From positions 909,043 to 973,042 of the forward strand of contig JAICWS010000002.1 in assembly GCA_025934695.1 (NCBI GenBank): a stretch of DNA of 64,000 nucleotides, written 5' to 3'. Positions 16,823 to 23,737 of the stretch are shown one piece after another. A program made the translations under genes and the position numbers. Under the pieces are notes generated by a model. That model did not search any database. It had not been told where the DNA came from and worked only from the letters and a program-made list of their open reading frames with translations. Source of the DNA: Alphaproteobacteria bacterium (GTDB lineage Bacteria > Pseudomonadota > Alphaproteobacteria > Micavibrionales > UBA2020). Numbering within the stretch: the first letter of the stretch is position 1; each line of letters starts with the position of its first letter.

Positions 16823-17581
16823 TTATGTTTCGGAGAGAAGTTCCAGCTGGAGCAGCGTGGCCAGGAATTTGTCGAGCGGGAAGGCGGGCTCCGCGCGCAT
16901 GGCGCTGTCGGCGGCGAAGGCGAGGCGCGGGTCGGCCATCAGGTGCTCGAGGAAGCGGTAGCCGCCTTCTGAAATCGTCCACACCGCAATGCGGCGCTCC
17001 TCGCGGTAAATCGCGGCGAAAGTGTCCGCCGCTTCCAGTTTGAAATCCTTCAGAGCGTCGCCCTGCGCCGAGACCTCGTGCCACAATTTATCGACCGGCC
17101 AGGCGGATTGCAGCAGGAAGACATGCGGCTGCAGGTGCAGCTTCAGGTTGATCGGGTCTTCGACTGCCTCCAGCATCGCGCCGGTCAGCGGCGGCTTTCG
17201 CGGCGACAGGTAGGATTCATGCGCCAGCCATTCCAGCCGCGCGACATCGGGCACGTACGGAAACTGGTTCAACGCCGGCAGGTGCGCCAGGAACTGCGGG
17301 AAGCCTTCGCCATAACCGTTCATGTCGCCGCTCTCCGGCGGAAAAGCCTTGATGAATTCGGCTCCGGCGAAATTGACGAACTTGTCGCCCAGCAACAGCA
17401 CCGTGACCGGAAAGATATCTTTCAGCAGGTCGCGCAAGGTTAAATGCGTGTTGTTTTTGTATACCGCCAGGCGCTCGTCCGGCGTGAAGGGGCCGTCCCC
17501 GGCGATGGGCAGGCCTTTCGCGTCTTCGCCGCGCAGGATCTTCGACATCAGGTCGTGCTGGAGCTTACGCAACGCGGGCAT
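16823..17581 (-). CDS. bufC: DUF2063-family protein, partner subunit of the DUF692/MNIO enzyme (BufC-like)
   Basis: 252 aa from the internal ATG 17581. Overlaps the stop of the DUF692 gene by 17 nt. N-terminal LQHDLMSKILRG... matches the DUF2063 pattern. Confidence 0.8.
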   Translation of the reverse strand: MPALRKLQHDLMSKILRGEDAKGLPIAGDGPFTPDERLAVYKNNTHLTLRDLLKDIFPVTVLLLGDKFVNFAGAEFIKAFPPESGDMNGYGEGFPQFLAHLPALNQFPYVPDVARLEWLAHESYLSPRKPPLTGAMLEAVEDPINLKLHLQPHVFLLQSAWPVDKLWHEVSAQGDALKDFKLEAADTFAAIYREERRIAVWTISEGGYRFLEHLMADPRLAFAADSAMRAEPAFPLDKFLATLLQLELLSET

Positions 17582-18440
17582 TTTTCTTACCCTTCGAAAC
17601 CGTCTCGCGAAGCTTGTCGGCCTTCCTTGCTTCGCCGAGGAGAGTTGACAGCGGCGGCAGATCGCTGTCCCATTCGACCAGCGTCGGCACATCGCCCAGC
17701 TTTTCGAGAGCGGCCTTGTAAAGCTCCCACACCGCGTCGTAAACCGCGTGATTATGCGCGTCGACGAAAATTTCGCGCCCGCCCGCCTCATTCACGTGAT
17801 AACCGGCGAGGTGGATCTCCTGAACCGCCGCTTTGGGAATGCCGGCGAGATATTCGCGCGCATCGAAGCCGAGGTTATGCGCGCTGACATGGATATTGTT
17901 GATATCGAGCAGCAGACCGCAGCCTGTGCGCTTCACGACTTCCGCGATGAACTGCGGCTCAGTCATGTCACGGTCCGCGAAGGCGAGATAGGACGAGGGG
18001 TTCTCGACCAGAATTTGTCTCTTGAGCACCTCCTGCACCCTGTCGATATTCGCGCAGAGTGTTTCATGCGCATCTTTCGTCATCGGCAGCGGCAGGAGGT
18101 CGGGCACGGATTTTCCCTCCGCCGTGCTCCAGGAAATATGCTCGGAAACGAGGACCGGGTCGGCGGCCTTTACCAGCGCTGCGAGCTTGGCCAGATGGTC
18201 TTCCGACACGCCTTCGGCCGAGCCCAGCGACAGGCCCACGCCGTGCAGGCTCAAGGGGTAAATCTCCCTCGCCTTCATCAATTGCTCGAAGGGAATGCCG
18301 CCTAGGCGGAAATAATTCTCAGAATGCGCCTCGACGAAACCGACCCCCGGCTTTTCGGTCAAAATCTGTTCGGCATGGAACGCGCGCAGACCGATACCCG
18401 TCTTGGCCTTTTTCAGGTCGGTTTTGCTTTTGCGCGTCAT
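17565..18440 (-). CDS. bufB: DUF692 / MNIO (multinuclear non-heme iron oxidative) enzyme, BufB/MbnB/TglH family
   Basis: 291 aa. TIM-barrel UPF0276 pattern (GIGLRAFH...VGFVEAHSENYF...LHGVGLSLGS...VSEHISW...VENPSSYL...LLLDINNIHVSAHN...EIHLAGY). Confidence 0.9.
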   Translation of the reverse strand: MTRKSKTDLKKAKTGIGLRAFHAEQILTEKPGVGFVEAHSENYFRLGGIPFEQLMKAREIYPLSLHGVGLSLGSAEGVSEDHLAKLAALVKAADPVLVSEHISWSTAEGKSVPDLLPLPMTKDAHETLCANIDRVQEVLKRQILVENPSSYLAFADRDMTEPQFIAEVVKRTGCGLLLDINNIHVSAHNLGFDAREYLAGIPKAAVQEIHLAGYHVNEAGGREIFVDAHNHAVYDAVWELYKAALEKLGDVPTLVEWDSDLPPLSTLLGEARKADKLRETVSKGKKNARVA

Positions 18441-18461
18441 TTTCGGGCCTTTAAACGGCGT

Positions 18462-19004
18462 TTATGCCGTCTTCTTCGTATCATATAGCCCATTTTTAAG
18501 CAATTTCCGGCGGATCAGCCAGTCGATTGAGAGGGTGCCGGGGCCTACGCAGACGAGGATGGGCATGATAACCATCCAGTAAATGCTTTCCTCGTCGCCG
18601 GGATAGACGAAGGTCTGAATGGTGAAGGCCATCACGAAAATGCCGAAAGCCGCACCGCGGCCCGCGAGACCCAGCATCAGCAGCACGGCCAGCGCGATCT
18701 CGACATAGGTCGTTCCGAAGGCGCCGAGCGCGGTCGGGGGCACGGGAAAGGAGATATCCATGCCCAGCCAATGCTTGACGTGGTTCTTCTCGAATTCCGG
18801 CTTGAATAGCGCATCGAAAGTGTCTTTGGCATGCTCCCAGCCCTCGGCGCTTTTTTCGCGGCCCGAGTTCCAGAATTCCATGCCGACGTATAGCCGCGCG
18901 GCCAGCAGGGCGAGGGGAGCCGCGAAGGTCTCGAGCACCCACAGCTTCCAGGCGGAAAGCTTGAGCAGTTTTTGCACCAGCGGCTTGTCGGTGAGAGCGG
19001 TCAT
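18462..19004 (-). CDS. DoxX-family membrane protein (BufD-like)
   Basis: 180 aa with four TM segments. LLAARLYVGMEFWNSG and C-terminal GPGTLSIDWL are typical of DoxX. AAGGAAGG SD. Confidence 0.8.
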   Translation of the reverse strand: MTALTDKPLVQKLLKLSAWKLWVLETFAAPLALLAARLYVGMEFWNSGREKSAEGWEHAKDTFDALFKPEFEKNHVKHWLGMDISFPVPPTALGAFGTTYVEIALAVLLMLGLAGRGAAFGIFVMAFTIQTFVYPGDEESIYWMVIMPILVCVGPGTLSIDWLIRRKLLKNGLYDTKKTA

Positions 19005-19031
19005 AGCGGCCTTCCTTATCCCTCATAATAG

Positions 19032-19067
19032 AATCCGCCGGGCGGGAACTCCACGCGCCGGCGGATT
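19032..19067 (-). promoter_or_regulatory. intercistronic stem-loop between the precursor-peptide gene and doxX
   Basis: Perfect 10-bp stem aatccgccgg / ccggcggatt with a 16-nt loop. There is no T-tract on the coding (minus) strand, so it is not a canonical terminator. Confidence 0.4.
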
Positions 19068-19092
19068 TATTTTCGCTGCAAACGCGAAGTAG

Positions 19093-19362
19093 TTACTTCT
19101 TCATCGAGTCAGTTTTCGGGGCTTCCGTCGAGCCGCCCATCAGCTTGTCGCAGAGGCCGGTGGGGGTCAGGACGAAATCGCCCTTGCTGTCAGCGGTCGA
19201 TTTGCCGGCGCAGGCATGTGCGTCCGTCTTGCAATCGTTCTTGCCGACTTTGGCGACGCCATAGCATTTTTCAGTCTTGGCATCATCGGCTTTTGCGGCG
19301 GTCGCAACGGCCATCGAGAGGCAAGCGGCGAGAGCGGTCGCGGTAAAGATATGCTTTTTCAT
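19093..19362 (-). CDS. bufA: DUF2282-like signal-peptide protein with four Cys; bufferin-type RiPP precursor (BufA1-like)
   Basis: 89 aa. Sec signal MKKHIFTATALAACLSMAVATAAKA. Core EKCYGVAKVGKNDCKTDAHACAGKS...GLCDKL. Confidence 0.85.
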   Translation of the reverse strand: MKKHIFTATALAACLSMAVATAAKADDAKTEKCYGVAKVGKNDCKTDAHACAGKSTADSKGDFVLTPTGLCDKLMGGSTEAPKTDSMKK

Positions 19363-19458
19363 GATTCCATCATCCTTTATTTTCGGTTTTTTAAACGAAT
19401 GGGCGATTGCCCGCTGATATCTTAGGCGGGTTTGGTTAAAAATTGTTGCAACACAAAC

Positions 19459-20106
19459 TTATTTTTTTGCAATGCGCAACTTTAACAGAATCAATCCGAG
19501 CGGATATCCGATCGCCGCAAGAATTATGACAGGCAGGAAATGCCAGACCAGCAGGTGCGAGGGCGTATCATTCGGGCAAATGAACCGCATGCCGAGGGCC
19601 GAGAAGGACCCGATGGATAAGACCAGCGCATAACCCGCCCAGCCACGCCAGACCGGCGCGCTGTGCAGCAGCATGACCATGCCAAGGGCCAAGGGCGCGC
19701 TCATGCCCAGCGTGAGACCGATAAAGCAGGAGGGCGCGGGTTCGGGCGCCGCCGTTGTCTGCGCCAGCTCGAAGCCAATCATCGCGAGCCAGAGCAGGGA
19801 TGAGATGCCGAGCGCGATCTTCACCGGCGGGCGGATGCGCGTATCGGGGATGCTGAGGCGGCAGGCGGCATAGGCGGAAAGCAGCGCGGCGATCAGGATG
19901 GCGGCGCCCTGGATGAGATAGATGGACTTGCGGAAACTCAGCAGCAGGTCGGGCCGCGGCTCATGCGTCACGCGCAGGATCAGCAGCGCCAGGAACAGCG
20001 CCGAAAGCGACAGGAGCGTTGCGCGCAGGCCCGCGCGCCGCACGGGCCGCACGGGCTGTACGTTCGACGACAGGCGCTCGATCAGGTCATGAGTATCCGT
20101 ACTCAA
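19459..20106 (-). CDS. nrsF: NrsF-family (DUF1109) anti-sigma factor, polytopic membrane protein
   Basis: 215 aa. Cytoplasmic N-terminus (DLIERLSSNVQPVRPV) followed by six TM segments. Overlaps the sigma gene stop by 20 nt. Confidence 0.8.
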   Translation of the reverse strand: MSTDTHDLIERLSSNVQPVRPVRRAGLRATLLSLSALFLALLILRVTHEPRPDLLLSFRKSIYLIQGAAILIAALLSAYAACRLSIPDTRIRPPVKIALGISSLLWLAMIGFELAQTTAAPEPAPSCFIGLTLGMSAPLALGMVMLLHSAPVWRGWAGYALVLSIGSFSALGMRFICPNDTPSHLLVWHFLPVIILAAIGYPLGLILLKLRIAKK

Positions 20107-20668
20107 TGAGCCACTCCTTCATTTTCTTGTAGGCGCGGTGGGCCGTGACCTTCACGGCGGATTCCGTCATGCCCAGCTTCTGCGCTGTTTCGGCCATGGA
20201 ATACCCCTCGACCTTGACCAGCAGCAGCACCTGCCGCTGCTTCTCGGGCAATTTCGTCAGCGCTTGCTGCACGTCCTTGCCGGATAAGGCCTCTTCAGGG
20301 TTATTCGCTTTGTCAGAGAGAAAAGTTTCAAGTTCTTCATCGTTGATTTCATTGGCATTCTGGCGGCCAAGCTTGCGCATATAGTCGATCATCTTGTGCC
20401 GGGCGATGCCATACATCCAGTTCTTGAAAGGCTGTTCGGGGTTATAGGTATGGCGCGCCGAATGGATGCCGAGCAGGATTTCCTGCACGATGTCATCGAT
20501 ATGGCTGGGAGAAAAGAAGCGGGTGCGCAAAAAGGCGCGGATCGCAGGGGTAATATCGGTCAGCAGGCGCTTATAGGCCGCGGCATCGCCTTTTTGGGCA
20601 GCCAGCATCAGGACCGACAAAGGGTCCGGGTGGTTGCTGTTCGCGGGTGGCGGCGGTGTTTCGGTCAT
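20087..20668 (-). CDS. sigF: ECF (group IV) RNA polymerase sigma factor, SigF-like
   Basis: 193 aa from ATG 20668. Region 2 (DIVQEILLGIHSARHTYNPEQPFKNWMYGIARHKMIDYMR) and region 4 (LPEKQRQVLLLVKVEGYSMAETAQKLGMTESAVKVTAHRAYKKM). Confidence 0.85.
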   Translation of the reverse strand: MTETPPPPANSNHPDPLSVLMLAAQKGDAAAYKRLLTDITPAIRAFLRTRFFSPSHIDDIVQEILLGIHSARHTYNPEQPFKNWMYGIARHKMIDYMRKLGRQNANEINDEELETFLSDKANNPEEALSGKDVQQALTKLPEKQRQVLLLVKVEGYSMAETAQKLGMTESAVKVTAHRAYKKMKEWLIEYGYS

Positions 20669-20766
20669 GCCCTCTATCACCAAATAAGGCACAATATCAT
20701 AGCCTTGCCTTTTGAATGATGTACAGCGGATTGTGGGAAAGGAAATGCCCTGCGGCAAGGCCGGCA

Positions 20767-21312
20767 TCAGGCGCGGGCGTCGCTGCGGTTTTCGCGGCCC
20801 GGGCGCAACAGCTTGCGCAGCCTGCGGCGGATGCCCTGCGGTTTTTCGGAAAGGCCCATGCCCGGACGCGCGTCTTCGGCATCGACGATCTGCCCGATAT
20901 CGGCAAAAGAGGGCGCGAAGACCTCGTTTTCAAGAAAATTCCGTTCGCCATGCCCGTCAGCCAGCCACTGCATCGCGGCGGGAAGATCGGCGGGCGAAAA
21001 GGTCTTGATGCCGCCGGAGAAGAGCGGACTGAGTATTCCCGCGGCGCTTCTTAGCCAGGGAAGCGCCGTGACGATCGCTGCGCGCGTCACATGCGCATGA
21101 ATGCGCACGGCCTCTGCGTCGGGCCAGGCGGCTTTGGGCGCAAAGCCCCGAAAATCGCCGTCTGTCACGAAAAGCAGCTTCGCGGCGCTGATATGCGGCG
21201 CGCGTTTCTTCAACACCGGGATGAAGATTTCCCGATACTCCTTGGGGGTGATGGTTCCGGTCGCGGAAACGCCGATGGTGTCAGGCGGAAGGCCTTCGAT
21301 GATGCGCAGCAT
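20767..21312 (-). CDS. STAS/SEC14 (SpoIIAA-like, DUF3478-type) domain protein with basic C-terminal tail
   Basis: About 181 aa from ATG 21312. The pattern GVSATGTITPKEY...LLFVTDGDFRGFAPKAAWPD...VTRAAIVT resembles the SpoIIAA-like family. Confidence 0.6.
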   Translation of the reverse strand: MLRIIEGLPPDTIGVSATGTITPKEYREIFIPVLKKRAPHISAAKLLFVTDGDFRGFAPKAAWPDAEAVRIHAHVTRAAIVTALPWLRSAAGILSPLFSGGIKTFSPADLPAAMQWLADGHGERNFLENEVFAPSFADIGQIVDAEDARPGMGLSEKPQGIRRRLRKLLRPGRENRSDARA

Positions 21313-21560
21313 ATCTTGAAAACAAAAAAGAGTGGCGCGGGGTTCCACTAGCCAAGACAGCGGGAGGAAGTCAAAATGCTGAATACCAAGGTGTTTCGGC
21401 GTCTTCCGAGCCGTTTACATTAAGATTATCTCAACCTTTCGTTAAAACTTTCCTTACCCATCTTTGGTAGTGTTGACTTGTGTGTGGACCTCGGGGGCTC
21501 TGCCCCGAACTAAAGAATACGGACAAACGGCAAGATTTCTTTGTGTGTGTGAAGATTGGG

Positions 21561-21594
21561 GAAAACGAGGGCCGGTGCCTGCAGCACCGGCCCT
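21561..21594 (-). terminator. GC-rich hairpin downstream of the 21602.. gene
   Basis: agggccggtgc / gcaccggccct stem with a 5-nt loop. It is followed by cgttttc on the minus strand. Confidence 0.55.
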
Positions 21595-21601
21595 TAACTT
21601 T

Positions 21602-22111
21602 TTAATTAATGCGGGGATCGTATTTGACCTGCAGCTTGCGGAGCGCTTTCGTGGCTGCGTCGGTAAAAGAAACAAGCTCTCCGTCCGCCACCTTTTGCTG
21701 GAAATCAGGGGCTTCGCGCGCGGCCTGGATAAAGGCCTGGGACACTTTCGGATCGGGGCTGAAACGCAGCGCCAGGTCGACCATCGGCGACACGGGTGTA
21801 TAGGCCCCCGCTTGTCCAGCTTCCCGAGCCTGTTCCTGCAGCAGCACCATGGCCGCCGCCTGCGATGTCTGTTTCGGATTGAAGGCGGCCGCGGCGGCGG
21901 TGAGGGTGTCTGCCGCCTCCTTGCTGATGAAGATCTCGATATTCGTATTGATCTCGGGAAATTCGCCGCGGCGGAGCGCCTCGAGCATCTTGGCCCTTGT
22001 CCTGGCGTCGATATCTTCCTTGGTCATGCCGGAGAGCTCGGTGATTTTCGCCCCGAACGACTTTACCTCGACGACTTTTCCCGCGAATTCATTAAAATCC
22101 ATACCCGGCAC
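21602..22111 (-). CDS. hypothetical protein
   Basis: ORF 21602..22156. The sigma70-like promoter at 22140..22168 places the first two ATGs upstream of the likely transcription start. GTG at 22111 has AGGGAGAG 4 nt upstream. ATG at 22102 is the alternative. Confidence 0.5.
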   Translation of the reverse strand: MPGMDFNEFAGKVVEVKSFGAKITELSGMTKEDIDARTRAKMLEALRRGEFPEINTNIEIFISKEAADTLTAAAAAFNPKQTSQAAAMVLLQEQAREAGQAGAYTPVSPMVDLALRFSPDPKVSQAFIQAAREAPDFQQKVADGELVSFTDAATKALRKLQVKYDPRIN

Positions 22112-22139
22112 CAGACTCTCCCTTTCGAAATGTCCGGAT

Positions 22140-22168
22140 AGCATAGCCAATTCCAAATATTATGTCAA
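22140..22168 (-). promoter_or_regulatory. sigma70-type promoter (TTGACA, 17-nt spacer, TATGCT) embedded in an AT-rich inverted repeat
   Basis: The minus strand reads aataaTTGACAtaatatttggaattggcTATGCT. It shares the 15-nt block AAATATTATGTCAAT (plus strand) with 40243..40257. Confidence 0.5.
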
Positions 22169-22243
22169 TTATTATTTTACATAATATGCGAAATTCAAGC
22201 ATAAGGTGTCTAATCAGGATATTCTTTGGATTGGTCTAAGGGC

Positions 22244-23725
22244 TCAGGCCAGCACCTGCTTCACCGCGGCCTTCCAGCCGTCATAAAGCTGTTCGCGCTC
22301 CGACGAGGGCATCTGCGGCGAGAAGCGTTGTTCGCATTGCCATTTGGCCGAAATATCGTCGAGCGACTTGAACAATCCCGCCTGCAACCCGGCAAGGTAC
22401 GCTGCGCCCAAGGCCGTCGTTTCGGTCACGACCGGGCGCAGAACGGGGGTCGAGGTGATATCGGCGATGAACTGGCACACCCAGCCGTTCTTGACCATAC
22501 CGCCATCGACGCGGATTTCGCTCATCGGATAGCCGGCATCGTCCGCCATCGCCTGCATCAGGTCGGCTGTCTGGTAGCCCTGCGCCTCCAGTCCCGCGCG
22601 CACAAGATGCGCAGAAGTCGCGCCGCGCGTCAGGCCCGTCACGGCCGCCCGCGCATGCGGCTCCCAATAGGGCGCGCCCAAGCCCGTGAAAGCGGGCACC
22701 ATGTAGACGCCGCCGTTGTCGTTGACGGACTGCGCGATCTTCTCGGTGTCCGCCGCCGACTTGATGATGCCGAGGCCGTCGCGCAGCCACTGGATAGCGG
22801 CGCCCGCCACGAAGATCGCGCCTTCGATGGCGTAATGAATTTCACCTTTGAGGCGATAGGCGACGGTCGTCAGCATCTTGTTATGCGACGGCTTGAACTC
22901 GCCGCCGATGTTCATCAGCGCGAAACAGCCGGTGCCATAGGTGCTTTTGACCATGCCGGGATGGAAGCAGGCCTGACCGAACAAGGCGGCCTGCTGGTCG
23001 CCCGCCATGCCAGTCACGGGCACCGGCGCCCCAATGAAATCCGCGGTCGCAGTGCCGAAGTCGCTCGCGTTGTCGCGTACCTCGGGCAGAAGTTTCTTGG
23101 GGATTTGCAGCAGGGCCAGCAGCTCATCGTCCCATTTCTGCTCGATGATGTTGAACAGCATCGTGCGCGAGGCATTGGTGATGTCGGTCGCGTGGCTCTT
23201 GCCGCCCGTCAGCCGCCAGAGCAGGAAGCAATCCACGGTGCCGAAGGCGAGATCGCCATGCTCCGCCTTCATACGCGCGCCTTTGACATTGTCGAGGATC
23301 CAGCGCAGCTTGGTGCCCGAGAAATAGGGGTCGAGCAGCAGGCCCGTTTTCGCCGTGACTGTCGCCTCGTGGCCTTTGTCTTTCAGCTCCTTGCACATGT
23401 CCGCCGTGCGGCGATCCTGCCAGACGATGGCGTTGGTGACAGCCTCGCCCGTCTTGCGGTCCCAGACGATGGTGGTTTCGCGCTGGTTCGTAATGCCGAT
23501 GCAGGCGATGTCGGCGGGCGCGACGCTATGCTGCTGCAACACGCCGCGGCACACGAACTGCGTATCCGCCCAGATATCCTCGGGGTTCTGCTCCACCCAG
23601 CCGTTATTGGGATAATAGAGCTGCAATTCCTTCTGGCACATGCCGACGATGTGCCCGTTCGCGTCAAACAGCATCGCCCGCGTGCTGGTCGTTCCCTGGT
23701 CGATAGCGAGGATGAATTGGGGCAT
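22244..23725 (-). CDS. glpK: glycerol kinase
   Basis: 493 aa with the classic GlpK N-terminus (FILAIDQGTTSTRAMLFD) and FGGY kinase motifs throughout. Confidence 0.95.
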   Translation of the reverse strand: MPQFILAIDQGTTSTRAMLFDANGHIVGMCQKELQLYYPNNGWVEQNPEDIWADTQFVCRGVLQQHSVAPADIACIGITNQRETTIVWDRKTGEAVTNAIVWQDRRTADMCKELKDKGHEATVTAKTGLLLDPYFSGTKLRWILDNVKGARMKAEHGDLAFGTVDCFLLWRLTGGKSHATDITNASRTMLFNIIEQKWDDELLALLQIPKKLLPEVRDNASDFGTATADFIGAPVPVTGMAGDQQAALFGQACFHPGMVKSTYGTGCFALMNIGGEFKPSHNKMLTTVAYRLKGEIHYAIEGAIFVAGAAIQWLRDGLGIIKSAADTEKIAQSVNDNGGVYMVPAFTGLGAPYWEPHARAAVTGLTRGATSAHLVRAGLEAQGYQTADLMQAMADDAGYPMSEIRVDGGMVKNGWVCQFIADITSTPVLRPVVTETTALGAAYLAGLQAGLFKSLDDISAKWQCEQRFSPQMPSSEREQLYDGWKAAVKQVLA

Positions 23726-23737
23726 GGCATATTTCCT

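Noticed and set aside
19363-19458. Searched upstream of the precursor gene, and upstream of the sigma gene (20669-20760), for the Caulobacter SigF-type promoter I remember as GTAACC-N16-CGAA.
   Set aside because: Only a partial TTAACC is present, with no correctly spaced CGAA. I cannot support an ECF promoter call by eye. Transcription-start mapping is needed.
21473-21600. Possible plus-strand sRNA between a TTGACT hexamer (21473) and the hairpin at 21568-21594.
   Set aside because: No acceptable -10 lies at 16-18 nt spacing. The hairpin is better explained as the terminator of the minus-strand gene ending at 21602.
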